Positions 1 through 9,716 of a stretch of DNA of 37,985 bases are shown here, piece by piece. The position numbers were made by a program, and so were the translations under genes. The number at the start of each line of letters is the position of its first letter. Position 1 is the stretch's first letter. The notes beneath the pieces are model-generated. The model saw nothing but the letters and a program-made list of their open reading frames with translations, was not told the DNA's origin and searched no databases. Source of the DNA: a virus. Lineage: Duplodnaviria; Caudoviricetes. The DNA is taken from positions 1 through 37,985 of the IMG/VR virus record IMGVR_UViG_3300044878_000229; one strand, 5' to 3'.

Positions 1-15
1 ACTTTAAGCTTGTCC

Positions 16-65
16 TCGGCCGATAGCGGCCTGTCGTAAAGAGCGACAATCGACCCATAGTTGTC
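16..65 (-). repeat. 50-bp intergenic repeat unit (two related ~16-nt motifs 34 bp apart), inverted relative to the copy at 37931-37980
   Basis: Its reverse complement aligns ungapped to 37931-37980 at 33/50 nt; a partial copy lies at 961-973. Confidence 0.55.
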
Positions 66-189
66 ATGGCTGAATCCTCTCACATGCATTCGCGACTAGA
101 ATTTCACTGCCAACTCTTCTATGGCCAGGTCAGACTTCAACCGTGCAGCGTCAGGTCTCAAGCGTTGTTTCGGTCTATGGGAAACCGGT

Positions 190-888
190 ATGACAAATCT
201 GCAAGATAAAGCCGAGTCCGAGGAGGATTTAGGCCAGATGGTAATAGGGCGAGGGCCCTGCACCTATCTAATGCTGCTCTTACTAGGATTGATCCTCCTG
301 TTTCCCTTTCTTGAGGAAGGTCTATTTGCTCGCACGTTGCTCGGCATTCTGTTTTCAATCGTGCTGCTCGTGGGCGCTTTCGCCACCAGGCAGACTCGGC
401 GAGGGTTCATCCTCAAACTGGGCCTGGCGTTGCTTGGGGTTGGCCTTCAATGGTCGGCGTTGTGGGCTGAAAGTATCGCGACTCTTTTCTTTGCCGGGAT
501 AGCTTATGCGGCGTCTCTTGCAGTCTCGTTTAGCGGAGTGCTTCGCTATATCCTCAAACGCGGGCCAATTACCGCCGACAAGCTGCATGGCGCGCTTGCG
601 GGTTACATCATGCTGGCCTTCGTTTGGTCCTTCGTCTATGCCCTGGTCGAGATATCCAGCGCTGGCTCATTCGGCCCTGGCAACCTCAATTTCGGACAGC
701 CCGGTACGTTCTTCAAGCTGATCTATTTTAGCCTCACGACGCTCACAACCACCGGTTACGGTGATGTTATCCCGTTGACCAACCACGCCCGCTCACTTGT
801 GATGGTCGAAGAATTTTCAGGCGTCTTTTACGTGGGTGTTGTGATAGCGCGGCTTGCCGGTCTTTATCCGTCGAATCAGACAAAGTGA
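190..888 (+). CDS. Potassium channel family membrane protein (Ion_trans_2-type pore)
   Basis: Multiple hydrophobic segments and the pore signature YFSLTTLTTTGYGDVIP; start uncertain (ATG 190, or ATG 238 after GAGGAGG). Confidence 0.85.
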   Translation: MTNLQDKAESEEDLGQMVIGRGPCTYLMLLLLGLILLFPFLEEGLFARTLLGILFSIVLLVGAFATRQTRRGFILKLGLALLGVGLQWSALWAESIATLFFAGIAYAASLAVSFSGVLRYILKRGPITADKLHGALAGYIMLAFVWSFVYALVEISSAGSFGPGNLNFGQPGTFFKLIYFSLTTLTTTGYGDVIPLTNHARSLVMVEEFSGVFYVGVVIARLAGLYPSNQTK

Positions 889-970
889 CAGTCAATTTAC
901 CTGAGCTACCTGCTGGCATGAGTGATTGAGTCGTCCTGGATTCAGTGGGCACCTGCGATCGACTGCTTTT

Positions 971-1060
971 GGCTGTGGATTCAACCGGTCGACGCAACCG
1001 ATTGGCTAAATCATTCTGCAGGTGTTTTTTGTCTTCATGCTCGGGCGGGTTTGGTTCAGA
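971..1060 (-). pseudogene. Degenerate 3' end and terminal repeat of an IS30-family transposase
   Basis: Minus strand reads LNQTRP...KTPAE*FSQSVASTG-stop, resembling the IS30-family C-terminus (LN.RPRK.L...TPAE.F...VASTG) as I recall it; internal stop and frameshift. Confidence 0.5.
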
Positions 1061-1082
1061 TACAGCAGAGCAGGCGCGTCGT

Positions 1083-2050
1083 TTAGAAAGCAAACGACAG
1101 GTACAATCGTCCTTCCCAGATGTCCAGACCGTTCTGCCCCAGGCTCAAGTAGCCGACGCTGCTTTCTATGAGCAGGGTGGGTGATAGCTGTGTAAGCACG
1201 CCAGTGCGTATTGTCCCTGACCAAGGCGAGGTTTTTTCCTCGCTCAAGTCACCGGTGATGATTTTGCCATCATTAGGTCGTTCAAACTCGTTGATCAGGC
1301 CGAACTCGGCATAGGGGTACCAAGCCTTGCCACCGTCGCTGCGGTAGCTGCGGGTCAGCTTCAGCGATGCGTCGGCGACACCGTAATTGAAGTTCTGCTG
1401 TTCGATGGACAGGGCAAAGGGAATTCCCGCTATGTTGCCTGTCATGTCGTGCGCTTCGTTGCGAAAGTGGGTGTAGGACAACGACAGTTTCGGCGTCAGC
1501 ACTGTTTCACTCAACACATACTGGCCCGTCGCGCTCGTCGAGAGTGCATAACGTTGCGTGGTGAAGCTTTCTTTGAGCACAGAGATGCGGTTGTCGTTGT
1601 CCAGTGTGCCAATGCCAAGCGAGCCATCGACTGTCCAGTTGGGTGAAAGCCGAAAGGCTGCATAGGGGCCTGCGCTGAGGCCGTCCGACTGTACCGACCA
1701 GTCGCCATCAAAACCGTCAGAACGGTTGCGCTCTAAAATCGTCATCATGCCCACGACAAAGTCGTTACTGATGCGGCGGTCGGCGCCTATCGTCACGTAA
1801 CCCGAATAACCTTCGATATCGAGCCCCGAGCGGCGATCTGCAATATCCGTGTAGCGGCTATCCACCCAAAGGTTCCACAGAGGCTCCTGCTCGAACTTGC
1901 GGCCTTCGGTCAGCGGGACATTGCCGTCGATGTTGAGGCCGTCGTTGGCCAGGCTGCCGTCGAGGGACGGCAAGGTGGTGGCGGGCGAGGGCGCGGTGCT
2001 GGGCAGGCGAGGGGTGACGCCTGCTGGCGGCAGCGTGCCAACCGGTGGGG
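1083..2050 (-). pseudogene. C-terminal half (end of Pro-rich linker plus beta-barrel) of an autotransporter-like outer-membrane protein interrupted by the prophage
   Basis: Amphipathic beta-strands, WNLWVD..Y start of barrel, terminal LYLSFAF; joins in frame to 37018-37822 across the GTGGGG duplication. Confidence 0.88.
2045..2050 (+). repeat. Left copy of the 6-bp target-site duplication GTGGGG
   Basis: Immediately precedes the TG phage end; identical to 37018-37023. Confidence 0.92.
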
Positions 2051-2060
2051 TGTTTAGGAC

Positions 2061-2152
2061 TGAGATAAATACCAGGGTAGCTGTGAGGTAAACCCGAGAC
2101 AATCCGGGATTCGATGGTCCATGGTGGTATGGGGTCTGTAAATGAGTTGCAG
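2061..2152 (+). promoter_or_regulatory. Candidate transposase-binding sites of the left phage end
   Basis: TGAGATAAAT (2061-2070), TGAGGTAAAC (2084-2093) and TAAATGAGTTGCAG (2139-2152) match the inverted right-end motif TGAGATAAATGAGTGCAG. Confidence 0.6.
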
Positions 2153-2169
2153 CCAGTGCAATTAGATAT

Positions 2170-2199
2170 GACCCCGGTCTGTTGATGGTGACCGGGGTC
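2170..2199 (-). terminator. Hairpin downstream of the early operon (possible terminator)
   Basis: GACCCCGGTC-N10-GACCGGGGTC perfect 10-bp stem 34 nt after the mor stop; U-tract is weak. Confidence 0.4.
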
Positions 2200-2233
2200 C
2201 GGTGAAGGCAGGCGAGGTACTTTTGTTCCGTGT

Positions 2234-2596
2234 CTACTCATCCAGGTGCGAAGTGAACAGGTCGCCTTGGTCACGAGCGATGACCGCTTGCCGCATCCTT
2301 TTAACCACCTTGTAAACAAACGCCAGTGAGATGTTGTGCTTCATGGCGATCTCGCGGTGGTTGCGCCCCTTCCACTCATCAAAAATCTGTTGATGCAGTT
2401 TCGAAGCCTGGATGTGAATACCCCTTGGCATGTACAGCTGTTGGCCACCCCAAACCGTAGCCATTTGCATGGCAACTTCAATACCATGTGCCTCGGCGAG
2501 TTCGTCGCTGACGTGAAGTGTTTCTTTTGCTGACTGGGCAACATGGTCTGCCAGGGTCTGAAGCAGTTCGCCTGCCGTGCTGCTGGGCTCTTTCAT
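2234..2596 (-). CDS. mor: Mor/C-family transcription activator (probable late-gene activator)
   Basis: WGGQQLYMPRG motif and C-terminal HTH IFDEWKGRNHREIAMKHNISLAFVYKVV. Confidence 0.9.
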   Translation of the reverse strand: MKEPSSTAGELLQTLADHVAQSAKETLHVSDELAEAHGIEVAMQMATVWGGQQLYMPRGIHIQASKLHQQIFDEWKGRNHREIAMKHNISLAFVYKVVKRMRQAVIARDQGDLFTSHLDE

Positions 2597-3048
2597 ACTC
2601 CCTCCTTATTGGTCACGCGGCACTGCCACTGTTTCAGGTTCTCAATGACTCGGCTGGCTTGGGCGGTGTTGAGCCATTGCAGCGCCGACACCTTTGTCAT
2701 GTTAAGCACAAACTTCGCCAGAGCTTCCTCGGAAGGATCGCGGACGGCGCCCAGACCATGCAGAGTCAACCACAGTGAGCGGATCTTCTTGGACTGCTCG
2801 TCGTTGGCCTTCGGCCGCTTTCCTGCCGCGTTTGGACGAACCTTAAAGCCCCGCTGCTTGAGCTGTTCCAAAACCTTCAACAGATTTGGAACGCTCAAGT
2901 CCGCGGTTGATGTCGCGCCGTCCAAACCCTTCATACCGGACAGCATCATTCGATAGGTGTCGTCATCCATGCGCAACTCGCGCCGTGCAACATGAATCAG
3001 CTTGATGTAACGCAGTCGGTCTGGATTGGAAGACGTCATAATGCTCAT
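2593..3048 (-). CDS. gemA: GemA / Mu gp16-family protein
   Basis: IKLIHVARRELRMDDDTYR..L and KIRSLW..L motifs; position next to mor. Confidence 0.88.
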   Translation of the reverse strand: MSIMTSSNPDRLRYIKLIHVARRELRMDDDTYRMMLSGMKGLDGATSTADLSVPNLLKVLEQLKQRGFKVRPNAAGKRPKANDEQSKKIRSLWLTLHGLGAVRDPSEEALAKFVLNMTKVSALQWLNTAQASRVIENLKQWQCRVTNKEGV

Positions 3049-3049
3049 A

Positions 3050-3745
3050 TCATCCCCCCATCGTCAGGAGTGCGCGTGGTTGATGGTTCACAGCTTTATG
3101 CAACTGGGCCGACTTACCGGCCTGGTAGCCAGCTGTTGACGCTCCCTCATCACGAGCTTTGACCTTGCGGCGTTTGAGTTCCGCCTTTTCCAGGTCCAGA
3201 TGATGCTTGGCCATGTAGGCCTCGATTGCCTCTGCGACGTTGTCCTCCACACCGGCAAACTCATCGACCTTGTGATACACAGCATCAATCCAACCATTGG
3301 CAAAGTGATCACCCCTTGCCACCTTCGTGGAGCGCTTGCACCGCTTCTGTGGTGGCAGGGCCAGAAAGTCTCGCCGAGCCTTTTGCAGTTGCCGCTCCAA
3401 CACTTCGTAGGCATACCCGGTAAGTTCTGGCGCCGCAGCACAACCAACGAAAATGAAACCACCCCCGCTGTGCCAGCTGTGGGTGATGATCATGCGTGTG
3501 CCAAAAGCGTGAGCACAGACATGTGCAAGGCGTACGCGCCAGGTCGGCGGCTGCCCTTCGGAGCCAGCCGCAATTTTTGCCTCACCTGCCATGCTGGCCA
3601 GCACGTCACCCATCTCCAGGTTGTACAGCTCCATCAACTTATGGGCCTGACGCAGAGCGATCTCGGCTTCATGTGGATTGCTGGTTTTGGACTTGGCCAT
3701 CTCCAGACACTTTTTGATCTTTTCGAGGGTGCGGTTCTCTTCCAT
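3050..3745 (-). CDS. DUF2786-domain phage protein
   Basis: LEKIKKCLEMAKS...NPHEAEIALRQAHKLM N-terminal motif; ATG at 3745 just after the upstream stop. Confidence 0.8.
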   Translation of the reverse strand: MEENRTLEKIKKCLEMAKSKTSNPHEAEIALRQAHKLMELYNLEMGDVLASMAGEAKIAAGSEGQPPTWRVRLAHVCAHAFGTRMIITHSWHSGGGFIFVGCAAAPELTGYAYEVLERQLQKARRDFLALPPQKRCKRSTKVARGDHFANGWIDAVYHKVDEFAGVEDNVAEAIEAYMAKHHLDLEKAELKRRKVKARDEGASTAGYQAGKSAQLHKAVNHQPRALLTMGG

Positions 3746-3746
3746 C

Positions 3747-4373
3747 TCACACCCCCGCAATATCGAGGCTAATGGCGCTGTACTGGTCCGAGTCCCCGAT
3801 CCGCTCATACACGCGGATATAGGACTTGGAGCCGACCACCTGGCACGCTTCGCCGATGGCCTGCATAGCACGCTGCCAACGCTCGTCCTTGATATCCAGG
3901 CGGCGCAATGCAAGCACCCGAGCGGTACGGATCTCACCCTGAGAGTCAGTGCGGAATGCGTCGTTGGCCAAGGTGGCCACCTCTGGTCGAGCACCTTGGG
4001 TCCAGTCGCGTAGACATTCATCGATCAAAGCGCGTGCTGCCTGCAGACGTTCATCGAAAGCAATCGACTCCTGCACTGAGCGCTGGATTTTGAAGCGACC
4101 ATCGAAGCTATAAAGAGTGACATTACCCTTCTTGCCACCGAGTTTGATGTCGTACTGTTCGGCGCTCAGTTCGATAAAGGCCTCAATGTCACCAAACGCA
4201 ACTGCCTTGAAGTCGACCAGCTCGGAGTTGAGTTCACTGGCACGATCCACCAGATGACGCACTAGACGATCCCGCTCGATATCGATGGGCTTGATCAAGC
4301 TTTCGGGCACCAGGCGACCTTGTGCGTCTTGCCAGAAACCTGCAGGTACTGAAGGTTGTGGGGCGTCATTCAT
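3747..4373 (-). CDS. DUF3164-family Mu-like phage protein
   Basis: GFWQDAQGRLVP..IKPID, GGKKGNVTLYSFDG, SKSYIRVYER motifs. Confidence 0.88.
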   Translation of the reverse strand: MNDAPQPSVPAGFWQDAQGRLVPESLIKPIDIERDRLVRHLVDRASELNSELVDFKAVAFGDIEAFIELSAEQYDIKLGGKKGNVTLYSFDGRFKIQRSVQESIAFDERLQAARALIDECLRDWTQGARPEVATLANDAFRTDSQGEIRTARVLALRRLDIKDERWQRAMQAIGEACQVVGSKSYIRVYERIGDSDQYSAISLDIAGV

Positions 4374-4608
4374 TATCTTCGTCCTTGCTGTTGGTGGCGC
4401 CGTTGAGGCTGGCTTTTTGAAGCACTTCGATGATGTCCTGAATGCCGAGTGCGTGACTTTCGGGTTTGTTTTGCGTTGAAGCGGTCAACTTGGTGATTGC
4501 ATTGGCCACACCTATTGGTGTGTAAATCTGTTCACCAAGCGACTCAACGAGATCAAGTGCGAATTGTCGACCCTGCACACGCATGTACTGGTTGATCGGT
4601 GCAGTCAT
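4366..4608 (-). CDS. Hypothetical early protein
   Basis: 80 aa, overlaps both neighbours in the operon. Confidence 0.7.
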   Translation of the reverse strand: MTAPINQYMRVQGRQFALDLVESLGEQIYTPIGVANAITKLTASTQNKPESHALGIQDIIEVLQKASLNGATNSKDEDNE

Positions 4609-4922
4609 TGGTCCTGCTCCTTCACCAGGGAAAACCATGAAACGTTGATGCCACGGATCTGCACGGTGTGACGGGTCTGGTGATTCCGTGTCTTGCTGCT
4701 TTGGCTGCGAATCTCGTGAGCAAACCGGCGTGCGATCACGTCGACATCGTCTGTCGAGATAACGATGCGTTGTTCGAGGAGGTTCAGCTCCTGGACGGAA
4801 ACGCCCGCAGCGTGGATATCGCGGGTCAGTTCGTTGAACGTCGACAGCAACGGCTGAAACTCTGGCGCCAGGAGGCTTAGCGCTGGCTTTGGTTGCGGTG
4901 GCACAAGGGAAAGATTAGGCAT
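4605..4922 (-). CDS. Hypothetical early protein
   Basis: 105 aa, starts 1 nt after the ATPase stop and overlaps the next gene. Confidence 0.72.
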   Translation of the reverse strand: MPNLSLVPPQPKPALSLLAPEFQPLLSTFNELTRDIHAAGVSVQELNLLEQRIVISTDDVDVIARRFAHEIRSQSSKTRNHQTRHTVQIRGINVSWFSLVKEQDQ

Positions 4923-4923
4923 G

Positions 4924-6108
4924 TCACACCCCCTTCACGATGTCGGCGTTGACCACGGGCACACCCAGCTCAGCGGCAAGATTCATCGCAGCAATCACCA
5001 GGTTGCCGATGGCAAGCGGATACAGAAGCGAGATCGATTCATCGCGTCCCCCACGTCGGCCTGTTTGAGACAGTCGAGCGACGACAGCTTGGATACCGCT
5101 ATCGTCGATAACTTCACGCAGGTCTTTGCCTGCGCGTTCAAAGCGGAACCGCAAAAACTCATCGAGACGCCCACCCTCGATTGCGGGCAGTGTCACGCGT
5201 TCGCAGCGCTGCACGACTTCTCGCACATCAGCGTTGCGTTCACTCAGTTTCACGCCCAGCTCAGGCTGGCCAATCATGATGATGCTGACCAGTTTGGTGA
5301 ATCCAATCTCCAGTTCCAGAATGCGTTTGAGGTGCTTGAGGGTCGGGATCGGCAGGCTATGCGCCTCTTCGATGATCAAGCAGTGACGGAAGCCAGCGGC
5401 ATGTGACTCCTTGAGAACACGGTGCAGTTGGGCAAAGCGCGCCTCAGGGCTGCTCTTGGCTTTTTCCAGAGGCGCGACAGCGGCCATCATCGATTCGGCG
5501 ATATGGGTGCTTTTCAACGACTTGCCCTTGGTGTCGTTGTCTTCAGACGCCAGCACATAGGGTTCGATGATCAGGACCGGGTCATTGTTCTCCAGCAGGC
5601 GGTTGACCAGGTCACGGCGCAGCGTACTTTTCCCCGCTCCCGATTCGCCCTCGATAGCCAAGAAGCCACCGTGGCGGGCGACCTGGTACATCGCCTCTCG
5701 AACATAGCGAATATCAGGACTGATCCACATGTCTTTGCCGCTCTGCAGCTCATCAAAAGGGTCGCGAAACAGGCCGAACACCTTTCGGGTAGCTGCCTTC
5801 AATGTTTGTTTTGGTAGTAGCATGGGTTCGTCCTCCCCGGACGGCTCTTCATTTAGGGCCGGATCTGTCGTGTTGGCGCACGGCAGGTCCACTTTTTCAA
5901 ATGCATTGGCGATGTCGGCATCATTGGCTCCTGACTCGACCAGGAACGCTCGGATGCGTCCCTGCAAGTCCGTACTGTCCAAGCTGCGTGGCCATTGACC
6001 ATGATTAATCAGTTGGGCGACTGTGGCCGCACTCAGCTTCAGTGATTCAGCCAAGGCCGATTGAGGTCGGCCCACTCCCTGCAATACCTGCTTTAACTTC
6101 AACATCAC
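4924..6108 (-). CDS. Transposition ATPase (MuB functional analogue, ExeA-like AAA) with N-terminal HTH
   Basis: Walker A GESGAGKS, Walker B LIIEEAH, IIMIGQPEL; directly downstream of the transposase. Confidence 0.9.
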   Translation of the reverse strand: MMLKLKQVLQGVGRPQSALAESLKLSAATVAQLINHGQWPRSLDSTDLQGRIRAFLVESGANDADIANAFEKVDLPCANTTDPALNEEPSGEDEPMLLPKQTLKAATRKVFGLFRDPFDELQSGKDMWISPDIRYVREAMYQVARHGGFLAIEGESGAGKSTLRRDLVNRLLENNDPVLIIEPYVLASEDNDTKGKSLKSTHIAESMMAAVAPLEKAKSSPEARFAQLHRVLKESHAAGFRHCLIIEEAHSLPIPTLKHLKRILELEIGFTKLVSIIMIGQPELGVKLSERNADVREVVQRCERVTLPAIEGGRLDEFLRFRFERAGKDLREVIDDSGIQAVVARLSQTGRRGGRDESISLLYPLAIGNLVIAAMNLAAELGVPVVNADIVKGV

Positions 6109-7880
6109 TCACCTCCAACTGCGGACCGCACCAAGCTGAGCGGCTGGCGCATCACCTCTGTAGGTCGATTCAGCTCAGTCTCAATGGCGTCGAGCTGTTC
6201 ATGGGGAACTCCGTCAGGAAACCGCTGCTGCAACCAGGCGAAGGTTTCGCCCGACCACACAGAGCCCAATCGGGCGCGAAGTAGCTTCGCCGCCTCCACG
6301 TGCGTGAGCGGAGTTTGCTCAACCGTGGGTACGTTCACGTCCAGCGAAGTGCCACGGCGTGGCATGTAGGCCGGCAGCAATGTGTCGGTGACGTGTTTGT
6401 GAGGATCAATCAGGCCACCGAACGGCACAGCCTTGGCCTTGCGAGCGGCCTCGGCGTCGGCTTGATTGGTGGTGCCGGTAGCCAGCTGTTCCAGCACCTT
6501 CCGCGATACCTGGGCCGGGGTTTCGGCATGGCTCTTATATTGCTCACCAATCGTTGCCGAGGTCTCGGCAAAGCCAAACTCGTCCATCTCGATCCGCTCG
6601 ATGACGTGATAGTTTTCCCGGCCGTCTTCCCCAACCAGGACTGCGATAGCCGCATCCTTGTCACGCCAGCAATTGCGGGTGATCAACAGCTTTTCACCAA
6701 CCATTACACCCGGTACCGAGCTGACATCGAACTGAGCGCCACGGAACGAAACACGCAACAAGTTGCTGACCTTGCGGTACTCCGGTGTGCTGACCGCCAG
6801 CTCCCGGCAGACCTCAATGCTGGGAGCCAAGCGCAACTGTTCCTGCTTGATCAACTGCCACACGCCATACCGGGTGCGTCGTGTACGGGTGTGAATCGAG
6901 GTGGCGTTGTAGTAACGCATCCACTGGCCGGCCCAGGTGTTGATCTGTTCCAGGGTTTTCGCTGCTTGAAACTTCAACGCACTTTCAAACTCACGCTCAA
7001 CGATGTTGTGCGCCTGTTCGACCTGGCCTTTGGCCCGCGCATTACCGACCTGGTTGATGATCAAGTCGATTGACATGGCACGGCACAGATTGCGAAAAAT
7101 GCCACTGGTCATGGCCGCACCTGGGTCGGTCATTAGCATCCAGGGCACGCCATGAAACGGATCTGACTCGTGGCGTTTTTGCATCGCATTGATCAACACG
7201 TTGCACAGGTTCTCGGCGGACTCAGCGCCCAGCACGTACTCCAGGTACAAAGTACCGCTGGTGTGATCGGTGACCACGTAGCGCCACAACCGCTGGCGCT
7301 CGATCTTCTTCAGGTTGCCGGGCTTGCCGTCATAGAATTCGGCCTTGTTCATTACCCGCGCGCCATCATCAGCGAGGTAGAACTGCGTCGAGATCGATGC
7401 GTCCACCTGCCAAACATGGTTGGGGTGATTGCTGGCCAACGACACGGCTGGTGCGTCATGTAACAACTGGTCAGGGTGCAACTTGTAACTCTGCAGGGCG
7501 CGGCTGATTGCGCCGCTGGTCAATGGACGCAGGAGGCCGGTCCCTTCATCCACCCGACCAGCCACAATCAGACCGTTGCTGCGCAGCCGCTCGACGGCTC
7601 GCTCTATGGTGGATAGCTGTTTGTTGTTGGCACGGATTGACTCCAGCAAAACGGCTGAAATCAAGCGAGCCTCTTCCAGCGGCAAGGCGCTGTTGCCCGC
7701 ATCACTGCGACGTTTGCGCGGCTTGACCACTCGAACCTCCTTCAGCTTGCGTTGAAGTGTTTGGATGGAAACACCCAGTTCAGCTGCGCCCGCCTGGTAG
7801 ACGGCAGTGCGCTGGCCATGCGGAGCGTTGTCTGCGCGTTGGGCGATCTGGGCCAGTTGTTGGATCTGAACCGGGTTCAT
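6105..7880 (-). CDS. DDE transposase (MuA functional analogue)
   Basis: N-terminal HTH; catalytic motifs VWQVDAS, LMTDPG, AKGQVE. Confidence 0.93.
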   Translation of the reverse strand: MNPVQIQQLAQIAQRADNAPHGQRTAVYQAGAAELGVSIQTLQRKLKEVRVVKPRKRRSDAGNSALPLEEARLISAVLLESIRANNKQLSTIERAVERLRSNGLIVAGRVDEGTGLLRPLTSGAISRALQSYKLHPDQLLHDAPAVSLASNHPNHVWQVDASISTQFYLADDGARVMNKAEFYDGKPGNLKKIERQRLWRYVVTDHTSGTLYLEYVLGAESAENLCNVLINAMQKRHESDPFHGVPWMLMTDPGAAMTSGIFRNLCRAMSIDLIINQVGNARAKGQVEQAHNIVEREFESALKFQAAKTLEQINTWAGQWMRYYNATSIHTRTRRTRYGVWQLIKQEQLRLAPSIEVCRELAVSTPEYRKVSNLLRVSFRGAQFDVSSVPGVMVGEKLLITRNCWRDKDAAIAVLVGEDGRENYHVIERIEMDEFGFAETSATIGEQYKSHAETPAQVSRKVLEQLATGTTNQADAEAARKAKAVPFGGLIDPHKHVTDTLLPAYMPRRGTSLDVNVPTVEQTPLTHVEAAKLLRARLGSVWSGETFAWLQQRFPDGVPHEQLDAIETELNRPTEVMRQPLSLVRSAVGGE

Positions 7881-7883
7881 GGT

Positions 7884-8816
7884 TTAAGCCTCGGCCGCGT
7901 TCAACCACACAGGATCGCCATCCAACTGCTCTGGCAGATGGAACTCGCTGCGAACCGATGCAAGGGTGATTTCGAGTTGGCGAATCAAAGCGGCTTTGAA
8001 GGAACGATGGTCTTCACCGCTTTCAGTGGCGTGCTCTTCCAGCTTGGTGAAACCAGCGCGCAGTGAGCCGAGAATGCTGGCTTCTGCCTCGTAGGCGACT
8101 GCTGCCACTTCCTGGCGCAGCTCTTTCGCGGCTTCATTCGCGGGCATCGACTGGATGCGCTTGCGGGTTTTCTCTAGCTCCTGTTTGGTGGTGTCCAACT
8201 CCTTGGTTTTTTTCGCCATGACTTCGCTTTGCGCTTCGTAGTCGGCGTTGGTTTCGTCGAGCCGCTGGGTAAGTTCTTCTTTCTCCTTGGCGTGCTTGGC
8301 GATGATCTCTTCGGCGAGATCAATGAACGCATCTTTGTCACCGGTCTTGGCGACTTCGATAAGTGCTGACTTCTGGTCTTCCGGAAGACGGCGATACTGG
8401 CGCATTTCGCGGTAGCCGATGCCCATACGGGACATTGATTCGAGAGCCTCTTCGCCAAACGCTCGGAGATTCGCGATGTCCTTGTCTGCTTTTTCTACAG
8501 AGATACCTAAGAGGTTGCAAAACTCTTCCCAGGAGCCGTTTAAAAAGTCGTAACCGTTACGACTTTTTTGCCCCTTGAGTGCTCGGTAAAGCTTGTTTTC
8601 CTTGACGTAGGCCAACTTAGAAGTCGTAACCGTTACGGAAAACTTGGCAAAGGCATCGGACATCTGGGCTTGGCCAAGGAGCTGGTTGAGCAGGTCACGC
8701 TCTTCGCTGTGCGAAGCAAGCATCGTCGTCATCAAGTTCTGATCAGCGGTCAGTGCAGCACCATCCAGTGCGGGCAGATCAATTGCCTCAGCGACATCCT
8801 GTTGTTTGCGTCCCAT
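7884..8816 (-). CDS. DUF3102-like coiled-coil phage protein
   Basis: SWEEFCNLLGIS...DIANLRAFGEEALESM..GIGYR motif; ATG at 8816 after AAGGGG. Confidence 0.75.
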   Translation of the reverse strand: MGRKQQDVAEAIDLPALDGAALTADQNLMTTMLASHSEERDLLNQLLGQAQMSDAFAKFSVTVTTSKLAYVKENKLYRALKGQKSRNGYDFLNGSWEEFCNLLGISVEKADKDIANLRAFGEEALESMSRMGIGYREMRQYRRLPEDQKSALIEVAKTGDKDAFIDLAEEIIAKHAKEKEELTQRLDETNADYEAQSEVMAKKTKELDTTKQELEKTRKRIQSMPANEAAKELRQEVAAVAYEAEASILGSLRAGFTKLEEHATESGEDHRSFKAALIRQLEITLASVRSEFHLPEQLDGDPVWLNAAEA

Positions 8817-8826
8817 CTTTTTCCCC

Positions 8827-9129
8827 TTATCTGGTCGATCCAGCGGCAATACGTTGGTTGATTTCCTGCATCCGGTCGGTCAACCGGGCCATGTGTTCGG
8901 CATGCGCCTGCGCGATCTGCAACATGCCGACTGAGTGAGCGAACCTGCCGTTGTCCAGCTTCACTGCCAGCCCTTCCTCGATCAGGGTTTGCATGGCGCG
9001 GGTGATGTTGCTGGGGCTGTCATGAGCCAGTTGAGCCAGTTCGGTATTGCTGAGTCCGGTGACGGTGTGGCCTTTCAAAGCCTTGAGGACACGCAACACC
9101 CGTGCAGCGGCAGAGACGGTGCGGCTCAT
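8827..9129 (-). CDS. IclR-like winged-HTH DNA-binding protein
   Basis: RVLRVLKAL...GLSNTELAQ....SPSNITRAMQTLIEEG; ATGA overlap with the upstream gene. Confidence 0.82.
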   Translation of the reverse strand: MSRTVSAAARVLRVLKALKGHTVTGLSNTELAQLAHDSPSNITRAMQTLIEEGLAVKLDNGRFAHSVGMLQIAQAHAEHMARLTDRMQEINQRIAAGSTR

Positions 9130-9605
9130 GGTTGCCCCTCCAATTCGAGTTGTGGCTGTTGGGTTTGGCTGACATTGCCCCGGTGCCAGGCAAGCCCCTC
9201 CATCGCCGCCTGAATGGCAGCAAGGGTTTCCTCGGCTTCGCAGTTGTTGGCATAGAAGGCCAACAACTTTCCGGTCGCGGTGGTCAGCAGTTCCTGTAGG
9301 GCTTGAGTGTCCTGTGCCGTGCACTTGCGGCCAGTTGGCATGGCAATGGTGAGTCGCCCCGAGCTAGCGGCGATCCAGCGAGTGACGTAATCGCAACCAC
9401 AAGCCCGCTCATAAGGAAGGATCAAGTTGGCTGGCATACGTCCGGTCTGCAGCCACTTGTAAACCGACCAGTGATCGGTCACCCCCATCTCATCGGCGAT
9501 ACGCTCCACGCCTTTGTTGTGAGCTTCCTTTGCATAGTCCTTACACAGCTCCATTGCATGGCGCAGTGAGGTCGGTTGGGCGTTCTTCCAGCGGCGGCGG
9601 TTCAT
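9126..9605 (-). CDS. Phage regulatory protein with HTH (CII/Cro-like)
   Basis: VERIADEMGV...SVYKW..GRMP; ATG at 9605 with GAGGG ribosome site. Confidence 0.7.
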   Translation of the reverse strand: MNRRRWKNAQPTSLRHAMELCKDYAKEAHNKGVERIADEMGVTDHWSVYKWLQTGRMPANLILPYERACGCDYVTRWIAASSGRLTIAMPTGRKCTAQDTQALQELLTTATGKLLAFYANNCEAEETLAAIQAAMEGLAWHRGNVSQTQQPQLELEGQP

Positions 9606-9716
9606 TGGAAAGCCCTCGATAGAGCGCCTTCCAAACAAAACGAACGTTTGCACCTAGGCAAAAGGATTACTCCGGGCGCAATGTTTTCGGGTACATTCGC
9701 TAACAGGAACATGGCT

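Noticed and set aside
1-90. Possible start of a minus-strand gene at the window edge
   Set aside because: The segment is largely the 50-bp repeat unit and is too short to support a CDS
2045-2052. 8-bp duplication GTGGGGTG
   Set aside because: It would remove the terminal TG from the phage; 6 bp keeps TG...CA ends and restores the host frame
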